From Nitrospirota bacterium (GTDB lineage: Bacteria; Nitrospirota; UBA9217): DNA of 64,000 bases. The notes under the pieces are model-generated. The model ran no database searches and was not told the DNA's origin. It saw only the letters and a program-made list of their open reading frames with translations. Below, in pieces: positions 27,798-37,092 of this stretch; position 1 is the first letter of the stretch, and each line of letters begins with the position of its first letter. The translations under genes were made by a program, and so were the position numbers. Location of the stretch: positions 32,001-96,000 of the forward strand of contig CAWIYV010000001.1 of the NCBI GenBank assembly GCA_963840455.1, given 5' to 3'.

Positions 27798-27874
27798 TGG
27801 TCGGGGCGAGCCGATTTGAACGGCCGACCACTCGCACCCCAAGCGAGTACGCTACCAGGCTGCGCCACGCCCCG
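27798..27874 (-). tRNA. tRNA-Pro(GGG)
   Basis: CGGGGCG...CGCCCCGACCA cloverleaf; anticodon arm CTCGC-TTGGGGT-GCGAG; GTTCAAAT T-loop; encoded CCA. Confidence 0.97.
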
Positions 27875-27999
27875 ATAAACTCTGATCGAATTTGAACAAT
27901 TTTCGCGTACAATAACAATAAGGGAAAGGATCGGGGAACCGGTGAGCAGGCGATGCCGAAAACGCCATCTCCTCTCGCCCTCAGGCTTTCCCTGTCCCC

Positions 28000-28350
28000 C
28001 TATTTGAGCAGCTCCAATATCTCCCTGATCTCTTTTTTCGCCGTTTCGAGGACGGAATCCGTATCCTGCCGGCCTCTGCCTTTCAGCTTCTTCCGTGCGC
28101 CCGATATGGTATAACCGCTCTGGTACAGCAGCTTCTTGACCTGCAGGATATTGTCGAGGTCCTTCTTCGTGTAAAGCCGCTGGCCTGATTTCCTTTTTTC
28201 CGGCCGGAGGTGGGGGAACTCGGTCTCCCAGTACCGCAGCACGTACGGTTCCAAGTCCGTGATTCTGCTCACCTCCCCAATGCGGTAGAAGAGCTTACTC
28301 GGCTGCCGCTGCGGGGGTTGTTGATGCGGAGGCTGTAGACTCAATGACAT
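28000..28350 (-). CDS. MerR-family HTH regulator (ihfA-associated type)
   Basis: KLFYRIGEVS..VLRYWETEFP..GQRLY..GYTISGA. Confidence 0.92.
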   Translation of the reverse strand: MSLSLQPPHQQPPQRQPSKLFYRIGEVSRITDLEPYVLRYWETEFPHLRPEKRKSGQRLYTKKDLDNILQVKKLLYQSGYTISGARKKLKGRGRQDTDSVLETAKKEIREILELLK

Positions 28351-28612
28351 GTTCCTTGAATATCATGCTCGGCCGGAAGCTCACGACACTGCGCGGTGTG
28401 ATCTCGATCTCCTGGCCCGTCTTGGGATTTCTCCCCTTCCGTGACCGTTTTTGTCTCACCACGAAGTTCCCGAACCCCGAGAGCTTCACAGTATCGCCCT
28501 GCTTCAGCGTCTGCTTGATCGTATCAAGGATCATCTCGACCAGTTCTTCGGCATCCTGCTTCGGCAGGCCCACTTTGTCAAATACGTCTGAGATGATATC
28601 TGCCTTGGTCAT
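28295..28612 (-). CDS. ihfA: Integration host factor alpha
   Basis: MTKADI, VKLSGFGNF, RKGRNPKTG, VSFRPS; lies upstream of merR-tRNA-Pro. Confidence 0.92.
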   Translation of the reverse strand: MTKADIISDVFDKVGLPKQDAEELVEMILDTIKQTLKQGDTVKLSGFGNFVVRQKRSRKGRNPKTGQEIEITPRSVVSFRPSMIFKEHVIESTASASTTPAAAAE

Positions 28613-28635
28613 TCCGCACCTCCCGAACGTGCGAT

Positions 28636-28664
28636 ACTATAGTGGATAACTGTTTCAAAGTCAA
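28636..28664 (-). promoter_or_regulatory. Sigma70 promoter of ihfA
   Basis: TTGACT-N17-TATAGT. Confidence 0.65.
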
Positions 28665-28787
28665 GGGTAATTTGCGCTGCCCCGGGGCGCCGGCATCTAT
28701 TGGCGGCGAAGATTTGTCTTGCCTCGGCTGACGAATTATTATAGTATTATGCGGTTTGGACAATCCTGCTGCACGGAGGGGAACACG

Positions 28788-29234
28788 ATGCCGGACCTGG
28801 TCACTGTATCAAGCATTGAAAATTTCGAAGATCTGAAGACCAAAATCAACTTGCTCTTTGAACAGGGCAAGTTCGCAGAGATCATCCAGGCCGTCGGAAT
28901 GCACTCGATCCTGATGGAACCGGAGCATATGATCGGCGACCAGGACCATCTCTACCACCTGGTGCTGAACCTGATCAAGAAGAAGATCAACAGGGAGGAT
29001 CCCAAGCGCTATTCCTCCTGGCTCATCGCCTTCCCTGCCCTTCTCAATCGGATCGTGGAAGAAAAACAGATCGTTACCGATGCCGCTTCGCTCTACGGGC
29101 TTGCTTCGCGCACCGATTCTTTCGGCCCCTTCTCATCCCTCGATGAGTTCTACTTCTGGGCCCTTGACGACCGGCGGCTGACCCTTGACCAGATCGTCAA
29201 ATACATCGAGAAGACCGTGGAGATGTATAGATAG
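28788..29234 (+). CDS. Hypothetical helical protein (148 aa)
   Basis: GGAGG RBS before ATG 28788; host-like codon usage; no motif recognised. Confidence 0.75.
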   Translation: MPDLVTVSSIENFEDLKTKINLLFEQGKFAEIIQAVGMHSILMEPEHMIGDQDHLYHLVLNLIKKKINREDPKRYSSWLIAFPALLNRIVEEKQIVTDAASLYGLASRTDSFGPFSSLDEFYFWALDDRRLTLDQIVKYIEKTVEMYR

Positions 29235-29247
29235 GTCGAAAAAGACA

Positions 29248-29345
29248 GTTCACGGTTCAACGTTAAAGATTCAAGATCAACTTGGTAGCCTGCCCGATTG
29301 AAAGCGTGCAAGCTCGTTAGTTTGTTCATCTGTCAGCCTGCCCCA
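29248..29345. repeat. 7-bp array plus 8-bp array at a convergent junction
   Basis: gttcacg gttcaac gttaaag attcaag (29248-29275); gctcgtta gtttgttc atctgtca gcctgccc (29312-29343). Confidence 0.6.
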
Positions 29346-29387
29346 TTGCTCCCGGTTAACGTGTCTGCCAGTCCGTTGCCTCTCCCC

Positions 29388-30413
29388 TCATAGATGCACC
29401 TGCGCCATCACGTCCTCGACCGAGATCGCCCCCATGCACCGCATCCCTTTATCGCATTCGCGCCGGAAACAGGGCGAACAGGAGATGCCCGTACGCACCA
29501 CCACGTGGCCAGGCCCATACGGACCCGTCCGCCAGGGCGCCGTGGGCCCGAAAAGTGCCAACACCCTGCCGCCGGCAGCCGCCGCAAGGTGCATGGGCCC
29601 CGTGTCCGTGGTGATGAAGAGGTCCGCCAGCGCGGCCAGCGCAGCCAGTTCCCTGAGCGTCGTGTCCCCGGCCCAGTCCGTTGCCTGCTGCCGCATCATT
29701 GCCCGGATCCGTTCTGTCACCGTCCGGTCACCCGGGCTCCCCGTCAACACGACGACCGCGTTCCGCTCGAGGACAAGGCGGTCGGCGAGTTGCGCGAACT
29801 TCTCCTCCTGCCACAGCTTGGTCTTCCACCGGGCCACGGGATTGATGACAACGACCTTCCGTCCCTCTGAAGCGAGGCCCCGCAAACGCAACCGCATGGC
29901 TGCGAGCTCGCGACCAATGGGCAGCGTACAGACCGGCGAAGGGTCAACGGCGCCCAGGTAGCGGGCAACGTCCAGATAGCGCTCCAGCGCGTGCTTCTCG
30001 ATATCGTAGGCAGGAAGGCGTTCGTTCAGAAAGAGGTGGGACAGTTCCCGCGTTCCGGCAAAGCCGATCTTGCGCTTTGCGCGTGCTAGGCCGATGACGA
30101 TGCCGCTCTTGACCAATCCCTGGAGGTCGACGGCGATATCATACCGGCTGCTGCGCAGTTCGCCGATGAACCCGATGATGCCCTTGAGCCCGCGCAGGAT
30201 GGTTGACGGCCGCCGGAGCATGCGCATCCACTCTTTCCTCTGTGATACCAGCAGCGTGTGGATCAGCGGATGCCCCTCAAGGATGTCCGACGCCGCCTCC
30301 TCGACGGCCCAGTCTATGTCGCTCTGGGGATAGGTCCTCTTGATGGCCTCGAGCGCCGGCAGTGCCTGGACCACGTCGCCGATGGCAGACAGTTTGACGA
30401 TGAGTATCCGCAT
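29388..30413 (-). CDS. GT9 lipopolysaccharide heptosyltransferase (WaaC/WaaF-like)
   Basis: MRILIVKLSAIGDV, DLQGLVKS, DTGPMHLAAA, LFGPT. Confidence 0.93.
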   Translation of the reverse strand: MRILIVKLSAIGDVVQALPALEAIKRTYPQSDIDWAVEEAASDILEGHPLIHTLLVSQRKEWMRMLRRPSTILRGLKGIIGFIGELRSSRYDIAVDLQGLVKSGIVIGLARAKRKIGFAGTRELSHLFLNERLPAYDIEKHALERYLDVARYLGAVDPSPVCTLPIGRELAAMRLRLRGLASEGRKVVVINPVARWKTKLWQEEKFAQLADRLVLERNAVVVLTGSPGDRTVTERIRAMMRQQATDWAGDTTLRELAALAALADLFITTDTGPMHLAAAAGGRVLALFGPTAPWRTGPYGPGHVVVRTGISCSPCFRRECDKGMRCMGAISVEDVMAQVHL

Positions 30414-30652
30414 GATTCGTGAGAGCAATCATAATCCATCGGCCCGGTCCCGTCAACCCCGAAGAAAGAGCGGGACCTGGATACTCTTACCCTTGCACTG
30501 CAGTGCCCGGGAACACGACTTCCTTATTGTCTGTTATGACCTTTCTCCTTGCATTTTGGTCTGCTTTTGCTACAATTTTTTCAGAACCCCTTCTCTGAAT
30601 GATACAGGTCTGTTCTATGGTCTGCGTTCCATTGACCGAAGGAGGATACGGC

Positions 30653-31192
30653 ATGGCGATGAAGAAGAGCTCCAGTACCAAGACATCGGTCCGAAAACCG
30701 GCAAGGAAGAAAGTCGCAGGAAAGAAGACCGCGAAGACGAAGGCTGTCGCGAAAAGGCCGGCAGGAAAGAAGGCAGCAAAAAAAAGCGCTGCTGGGAGGT
30801 CGGCCAGAAAGGTCGCGCCAAAAAAGAGGGCGTCAAGGAAGACCAAGCCTGCGTCGGACAGGGTCCCTTCCAAGGCGCCAGCCATAGTGCAACCGGGACC
30901 GCCGCCGGGCAGCGTTCCCCCCGTGGAAGAGCCGTCCCTTCTCGAGGAGGCCATCGGCATCGTGACCCACTATTACAGCCATCTCGGCGTTGCGGTGGTC
31001 CAGGTGAACAAAGGGTCCCTGAAGACAGGCGATAGGATCCATATCAGGGGCCACTCCACGGACTTCACGCAGACGGTAGCGTCCATGGAGTACGAGCACC
31101 AGCATGTTGACCAGGCCAGCGCGGGTCAGAGCGTCGGCCTCAAGATTGCCGACCACGTGCGGGAACACGACATCGTGTACCTGGTGAAATAA
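30653..31192 (+). CDS. Lys/Ala-rich basic tail fused to a translation-factor domain-II-like beta-barrel
   Basis: AAGGAGG RBS; KKVAGKKTAKTK.. tail; IGIVTHYYSHLGVAVV..LKTGDRIHIRG..VGLKI..VREHDIVY. Confidence 0.8.
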   Translation: MAMKKSSSTKTSVRKPARKKVAGKKTAKTKAVAKRPAGKKAAKKSAAGRSARKVAPKKRASRKTKPASDRVPSKAPAIVQPGPPPGSVPPVEEPSLLEEAIGIVTHYYSHLGVAVVQVNKGSLKTGDRIHIRGHSTDFTQTVASMEYEHQHVDQASAGQSVGLKIADHVREHDIVYLVK

Positions 31193-31332
31193 CAGCGTGG
31201 ATGTACGCGGCAATCGCAGTGCGCCAGATCAAAGCCGGTCCTCTGGCCATGTTCTTTGACCGGAGCAGGATCTCGTAATACTGCCAGCGGACCATGGGAC
31301 CGTGCGGCAGCGGAGCACCCCGAGGAGCCCCT

Positions 31333-32958
31333 ATCCCAACCGTTCACGGCAACATAACCGGCCTCAAACCGGCCGAGACCAGGACGCTCGAGCGGCTCTA
31401 CCGCAGGAAGATGCCGCCCGATGCGGTCATCACTCCCGAGGCAGCTCGCGCCCTGACCGAGGCATCGGCGGAGATCGGCAGGCAGGTGGGCCTTATCATC
31501 GACCGTTCCGGCAGCGTACGAGACGTCCTGGTCGGCACGAACCACGATATCCTCATTCCCGACCTCTCTGAGCACCGGCTCGGCGCCAAACGCCTCCGGG
31601 GCGTCCGGTTCATCCACACCCATCTCAAGGAACAACCCCTGAACCAGGAAGACCTTACCGACCTGGCGCTCCTCCGGCTTGATCTGATCGCCGCCCTTGT
31701 GGCCCGGCAGGACGGACTGCCCGGAAACATCTCCATCGCCCATCTTCTGCCGCCCAATCCGGAAGAGAAGCTCTACGAGGTCCTGCCGCCCCGGTCCGTG
31801 CATGGTCTGACCCTCGACGCCCTGGACCTCATCTCGACGCTGGAACGCGAGATGGAGCGGCTCCAAAGGGCCGTGGAGGTCGTCAGGAAAGACCGCGCCA
31901 TCCTCGTGAGCGTGTCCAAGGCTGCCAGGACGGAGCAGGAAGAGTCCATCGAAGAATTGAAGGAGCTCGCCCGGTCCGACAGCATCCATGTCCTTGACAC
32001 GGTCATTCAGCGGCCCCACGACATCAATCCCCGCTACCTGCTCGGCGAAGGCAAGCTCAAGGAACTGATCATCCGTTCTCAGCAGCTCGGCGCCGACCTC
32101 ATCGTCTTCAACCAGGACCTCACACCGGCGCAGGTCAAGGCCATCGGCGACATCACCGAGATGCGGGTCATCGACCGCACCCAGCTCATTCTTGACATCT
32201 TCGCCCGCAGGGCTCACAGCGGCGACGGGAAGGTCCAGGTGGAGCTGGCCCAGCTCAAGTACCGGCTGCCGCGCCTCTCGGAGCGGTCCACTGCCCTCTC
32301 CCGCCTCACCGGCGGCATCGGCGGCAGGGGCCCGGGAGAGACAAGGCTCGAGGTCGACATGCGTCGTGCTCGGGACAAGATCCGGAGGCTTGAGAAACAG
32401 CTGATTGCCCTCGGGAAGGCCCGCAATCAACGCAGAGACAGGCGCGTCAGCAGCGCCGTCCCCATTGTTTCGATCGCTGGATATACGAACGCGGGCAAGT
32501 CCACGCTGTTCAACACGCTGACAAAGGCCGACGTGAATGCAGAGGACCTGCTCTTCGCAACCCTCGACACCGCTACCCGCAGGCTCCGCTTCCCCAAGGA
32601 GCGCGAGGTGGTCATTACCGACACCGTGGGATTCATCCGCGACCTTCCCAAGGACCTCCTGGGCGCGTTCCGGGCGACCCTTGACGAGATGCAGGACGCC
32701 GACCTGATCCTGCACGTCGTGGACATCAGCAATCCCCGGTTCGAACAACAGATGGAGTCGGTGGACAAGATCTTGAACGAGATCGGGCTGGACAATATCC
32801 CGCGGATCATGGTGTTCAACAAGGTAGACCTCGTGAGCCCCCTCTGGGCGAAGGCCATCTCAAGCCGGTTCAACGGTGTCGTATGTTCGGCCATAAGGCC
32901 GGAAACGCTCGGCGGATTATTGAAGGAGATCGAGGAGCGGGTATGGCAGGAGGGATGA
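31333..32958 (+). CDS. hflX: GTPase HflX, long form (probable ATC start; track uses ATG 31294)
   Basis: IDRTQLILDIFA, GGRGPGET, GYTNAGKSTL, LFATLD, DTVGF, NKVD. Confidence 0.95.
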   Translation: MPTVHGNITGLKPAETRTLERLYRRKMPPDAVITPEAARALTEASAEIGRQVGLIIDRSGSVRDVLVGTNHDILIPDLSEHRLGAKRLRGVRFIHTHLKEQPLNQEDLTDLALLRLDLIAALVARQDGLPGNISIAHLLPPNPEEKLYEVLPPRSVHGLTLDALDLISTLEREMERLQRAVEVVRKDRAILVSVSKAARTEQEESIEELKELARSDSIHVLDTVIQRPHDINPRYLLGEGKLKELIIRSQQLGADLIVFNQDLTPAQVKAIGDITEMRVIDRTQLILDIFARRAHSGDGKVQVELAQLKYRLPRLSERSTALSRLTGGIGGRGPGETRLEVDMRRARDKIRRLEKQLIALGKARNQRRDRRVSSAVPIVSIAGYTNAGKSTLFNTLTKADVNAEDLLFATLDTATRRLRFPKEREVVITDTVGFIRDLPKDLLGAFRATLDEMQDADLILHVVDISNPRFEQQMESVDKILNEIGLDNIPRIMVFNKVDLVSPLWAKAISSRFNGVVCSAIRPETLGGLLKEIEERVWQEG

Positions 32959-32964
32959 GAAGAG

Positions 32965-33080
32965 ATTCAAGATTCAAGAATTCACCTAATCTCAAGGTTT
33001 CCTTCGCGTCCTTTGCGTCTTCGCGGTAATAGAATTTGTCGTTGTCCGCCTGTACGCCTGTTAGCTTGCCAGCCTGTTAG
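32965..33080. repeat. Mixed 7-, 9- and 8-bp tandem repeats at the hflX/pmbA convergent junction
   Basis: attcaag x2; ccttcgcgt cctttgcgt cttcgcggt; gcctgtac gcctgtta gcttgcca gcctgtta. Confidence 0.65.
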
Positions 33081-33095
33081 CTGTTTTCCCTGTCT

Positions 33096-34434
33096 TCACT
33101 TCCCTCCGATGGATAGCTCCTTCACTCGGAGCGTCGGGCTTCCGATCCGGCCTGAAAATCGCAGGTCATTCCCGACAGCGTCTACATTCTTCATGAGGTC
33201 AAGGATGTTCCCCGCGATGGTGATCTCCCGCACCGGATAGGCTTTTTTGCCGTTCTCGATCCAGAACCCGGTAGCACCCACGGAAAAATCGCCGGAGATG
33301 GGGTTCGCCATATGCGCTCCCATGATCTCGGTGACGTAGAGCCCCCGCACTGTCGACGCGATCAGCTCTTCGGGAGCATGGGGTCCGGGAGCGATATAGA
33401 GGTTCGTGACACCTACGCCCGGCACGCCTTTGAAGCCGCCCCGGATGCCGTTGCCCGTTGACTCTGTCCGGTCCTGATTCGCGGTGCGAGCATTATGCAG
33501 GAACAGCGCGAGCCTGCCTTGGTCGATGACCGTCTTCTTTCGGGCAGGAACCAGTTCATCGTCCGATGGAGCACTCCCCATGCCGCCATCCAGCAGGCCG
33601 TCATCGTAAACGGTGATGAGCGGTGACACCACTTCCGTACCCAACTTACCAATGAAGAGCGACTTTTTTTTCTGGACGTTCTCAGCGGAAAAGCCGCTCG
33701 CGATGATGGAGAGAACCTCTTCCGCAACGCCTGCCTCCAGGACCACCGGCGCCTTCACCGAATCGATGCTGCAGGCACCGAGCAGGTCCAGTGCCTTCCG
33801 CGCGGCCTTACGGCCGATATCCTCGATGTCCAGTTTGGCGTAGAACCGCTTCACATCGGATTCCCACCCTGCCTGGGACTCCCCCTTTTCCTCGGCGACC
33901 ACCTCGATGCTCGCTGACACGGCCGTTCCGCGGTAGGAGATCGATGCACCGTGGCTGTTCGCGATCAGGGTCTCCGCCTGGTAAAAGCCTGCGGAGGCCT
34001 TGCGGATGCGCCGGACCCGGGGGTCCACTGCGTAGGCCTCGCGCTCCATGGCCATGACGCGGCCGATCTGCTCCTGCTCCGAAAGTGCGAGCGATGGCAG
34101 GATCGAAGATGTCCACGGTCTGATAGGGTGATGAAGGTCTTGCGGGAATGATCGCGAAGGGATCGGGCTCGGTGTTCCGGGCGCCGCTTACTGCCGCTTG
34201 GGCAAGCTCCCGCAGGGAAGGCTCTGTGAGGTCCGTGTTGTAGGAAAAGCCGGTCCGGCCGTTGACCAGGACCCGGAGGCCCACACCGATGTCCCGGGCG
34301 CGCTCGAAGGCATCTACTTTCTGGTCCTTGATCTCGACGGAGGTGGAGGTTGAAACGCGGAGGAAGACCTCGGCAGCATCAGCCTTGAGGTCCCTGGACA
34401 GGGAAAGGATCTTGTATGCCGTCCGATCATCCAT
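33096..34434 (-). CDS. pmbA: PmbA/TldE protein, with an apparent +1 frameshift near 34085-34092
   Basis: ORFs 33808-34434 (N-part) and 33096-34055 join as DPAIA/ALSEQEQIGRV; ANPISGDFSVGATG, ITIAGN motifs. Confidence 0.88.
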
Positions 34435-34505
34435 GCTGTCTTCCCGATGTCCTCTTCTCCGTGCCGCTGCAGTGCCATCATCATCACGCGGCTCGCGACG
34501 GATGG

Positions 34506-34874
34506 TTATTCGAAATAGCTGGCCGACGCCGAGTCCGATTCCCAGACCGTGACGCTGGCGACCTCGACGTTGTCGTCGTTGAGCTTCTTCGCCAGCGTGT
34601 CATAGATCCACTTGGCGAGGTTCTCCGAAGACGGATTGATCTGCGTGAACGGGAAGATATCGTTCAGGAAGGTGTGTTCGAGCTGGTCCAGCACATCGCG
34701 GAGCGCCTTCTTGAGGTCGTGGAAGTCGATCGCCAGCCCCTGTTCGTTCAGTCGTTCCGCGGTAACGGCCACCGTCACCCTCCAGTTGTGGCCGTGGAGG
34801 TTCTCGCACTTGCCCTTGTAGCCGCGCAGCTGGTGCGCAGCGGCGAACTTGGATTCCACCATCAGTTCATACAT
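34506..34874 (-). CDS. queD: 6-carboxytetrahydropterin synthase
   Basis: FAAAHQL, CENLHGHNW, NPSSENLA, VWES. Confidence 0.95.
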   Translation of the reverse strand: MYELMVESKFAAAHQLRGYKGKCENLHGHNWRVTVAVTAERLNEQGLAIDFHDLKKALRDVLDQLEHTFLNDIFPFTQINPSSENLAKWIYDTLAKKLNDDNVEVASVTVWESDSASASYFE

Positions 34875-34881
34875 GGCGGTG

Positions 34882-34910
34882 ATAATAAGTCAGCGATGGG
34901 AAAAAGTCAA
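34882..34910 (-). promoter_or_regulatory. Sigma70 promoter of queD (leaderless)
   Basis: TTGACT-N17-TATTAT-N7-ATG; no SD sequence. Confidence 0.7.
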
Positions 34911-34927
34911 CAGTGAAAAGGGACGGG

Positions 34928-36352
34928 TGTCAAGCCAAAGTAGAAATGTCCTATTCTTACCAAAATAGAAATGTCCGGTTTTTACGGTGCCGATAGAGGC
35001 TGCTCTCGACGTCGTCTAGGTGTGAGGGCGGGCCTCGTTTTCCAGGGATGATCGGTCGGAGGTATCCAAGGCTTCTTTGCTGGGAACAGGGGGAGTGGCC
35101 CCGGCGTTTCCCTTGGCGGCTGTTCCGTAATCATCCGATAGCGCAGGTCCTGGCCGTTGTAAGTGATATGCAAACTGCCGTCAAGACGCGCCTCCACGGT
35201 GACCTTCTTGGCCCGGGTCATCTGCTCGATCTGGTAAAGCTTGCCGTTGTACGCGATCGTAAAGTCGTTCTTGACCGTCCGCTCCTCCTTGATGCAGAAG
35301 ATGCGGTCGAGTTCTCTTGCATGCGGGGCCGGCCGGTGCAGGTCGGCCTTGAGACGAGCCTGTTTCCGGAACCGACTGTTATGCTTCGGCAGATAGGCGT
35401 CCAGGAAGGTATTCGCCTCGTCGACGTTCTTGATCCCCCGAAGGCGCATCTCCCGGACTAAGCGGTCCTGCAGCGTCTTGAACAGTCGTTCCACCCTGCC
35501 CTTGGCCTGGGGAGAGTTGGCGTGGATGACCTCGACCTCCAAGGCCGCCAAGCTCTTCTCAAAATGGCTCATGGGCTCCCGGCCGGACAACTGTTCGTCG
35601 ATGGTCGGCTTAGCCCATGACTTGTACGTGGTGTGCTTGTCCAGATAGACGCTCTGGGGGATACCGTACAGCCTGATATACCGCTTCATGCTGTCCATGG
35701 CAGGCATCGTGCCCTCGTAATCATAGAATCGGCCATAAACGGTTCCCGTTGCGTCGTCGATGTACCCCATGAACACGCAGAACGGGCCCCGGCCCTCGAA
35801 CCAGTCATGATGGGAGCCGTCTATCTGTACCAACTCGCCGAAACAGGCCTTCCGTTCGCGCCGCTGCCGGTGCTTCTTCACTCGGCGCTTTTTATAGGGG
35901 ACCTCCGCCTCGTTCAGCCAGAGCCGGAGTGTTTCATCGCTTATGGCGATCCCATGGACCTCATAAAGTTTCTCCGTGGCATGGGCAAGATTGAAGTCGG
36001 CATACTCTCGCTTAAAAAGCTTGAGTGCCCGCTCCTTGATCTTCTTCAGAATCCGGTTGTTCGACGCCCGGCCGCGAGACCGGTGGCATATGCCGTCGTC
36101 GCCCTCGGTCCGAACCCGCTTGATTAGCCGCCGGAGCTGCCGGTCGCTCAGCCCGAGAACCGCTGCTGCCGCGACCTGGCTGACCTTCCGGTCCAATGCC
36201 TGATGGATAACGTGAAGACGTTTCGATTCCCTTCTGCTCATCGTGATCATGTCCTTATCTGCCACTGTGCCCTCCCGATTGGTAGGGCATTGTAGCCGGA
36301 ATTAGGACATTTCTACTTTGGCAGAATAGGACATTATCATTTTGGCATTACA
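34928..36352 (-). mobile_element. Intact IS1202-like (ISNCY group) insertion sequence, 1425 bp, with 17-bp target-site duplication
   Basis: TGT..ACA ends; imperfect inverted repeats with duplicated CCAAARTAGAAATGTCC-like subrepeats; flanks CAGTGAAAAGGGACGGG at 34911-34927 and 36353-36369. Confidence 0.93.
34982..36265 (-). CDS. DDE transposase (rve-type core, N-terminal HTH)
   Basis: GELVQIDGSHHDWFEGR, IDDATG, YLDKH, SPQAKGRVERLFKTLQDRL. Confidence 0.95.
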   Translation of the reverse strand: MADKDMITMSRRESKRLHVIHQALDRKVSQVAAAAVLGLSDRQLRRLIKRVRTEGDDGICHRSRGRASNNRILKKIKERALKLFKREYADFNLAHATEKLYEVHGIAISDETLRLWLNEAEVPYKKRRVKKHRQRRERKACFGELVQIDGSHHDWFEGRGPFCVFMGYIDDATGTVYGRFYDYEGTMPAMDSMKRYIRLYGIPQSVYLDKHTTYKSWAKPTIDEQLSGREPMSHFEKSLAALEVEVIHANSPQAKGRVERLFKTLQDRLVREMRLRGIKNVDEANTFLDAYLPKHNSRFRKQARLKADLHRPAPHARELDRIFCIKEERTVKNDFTIAYNGKLYQIEQMTRAKKVTVEARLDGSLHITYNGQDLRYRMITEQPPRETPGPLPLFPAKKPWIPPTDHPWKTRPALTPRRRREQPLSAP

Positions 36353-36419
36353 CAGTGAAAAGGGACGGGGAAACATTTTTCTCTGGATAATGCGGGGGTT
36401 TTTCGCTATTCTACTGGTC

Positions 36420-37091
36420 ATGAGACAGCTCAACAAGGTTTCCCTGTTCAAGGACCTGTCCGACGCGGAGTTCAAGGAGCTCGAGCCCTATCTCTCGACG
36501 ACCGCCTACCGGAAGAAAGAGACCATCTTCTCCGAAGGCGAGCCGCCGGAGTGGTTCTACCTCGTCCTCTCGGGCAAGGTGAAGATCACCAAGCTCTCGC
36601 ACGAAGGCAAGGAGATCATCCTGGAGGTGATATCGCCCACCGATATCTTCGGGGGCGTCGCCGTCATCAAGGGGTTCCCCTACCCGGCCAACGCCGTGGC
36701 CATGGAGGACTCCGAAGTGCTGAAGATATCCCGCAAGAACCTCATGCGGCTCATGGACCGGTTCCCCAATCTCATGTACTGCATGGCGATGCAGATGGGG
36801 GACCGCATGAAGAGCTCCCACGATTCCCTCAAGAACATCGCCCTCGAGCGGGTGGAGGCGCGGATCGCGGCGCTGCTCCTCAAGCTCGCCGGAAAGGTCG
36901 GCATCGAAACGAAGGAAGGCACGATGATCGACATGCGCCTCACCAAGCAGGACGTGGCGGACATGGTGGGCACCACGGTGGAGACCTCCATCCGCACCTT
37001 CAGCAAGTTCAGGAAGCAGGGCCTCGTCACCGAGGTCGACGGCAAGATCGTCATCAGGGACAAGGAGAGCCTCGCCGCATTCTCCTCGTGA
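36420..37091 (+). CDS. Crp/Fnr-family regulator lacking FNR cysteines (Dnr/HcpR-like)
   Basis: cNMP-like domain IFSEGE..GKVKI..GKEIIL; HTH LTKQDVADMVGTTVETSIRTFS; start reassigned to ATG 36420. Confidence 0.92.
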   Translation: MRQLNKVSLFKDLSDAEFKELEPYLSTTAYRKKETIFSEGEPPEWFYLVLSGKVKITKLSHEGKEIILEVISPTDIFGGVAVIKGFPYPANAVAMEDSEVLKISRKNLMRLMDRFPNLMYCMAMQMGDRMKSSHDSLKNIALERVEARIAALLLKLAGKVGIETKEGTMIDMRLTKQDVADMVGTTVETSIRTFSKFRKQGLVTEVDGKIVIRDKESLAAFSS

Positions 37092-37092
37092 C

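Noticed and set aside
32965-33080. Short repeat arrays as CRISPR or DGR elements
   Set aside because: Units are 7-9 bp, tandem and spacerless; no cas or reverse transcriptase gene is in the window.
34928-34933. Outward-facing TTGACA at the IS end forming a hybrid promoter for queD
   Set aside because: 17 bp downstream lies TTGACT (the native -35), not a -10 hexamer.
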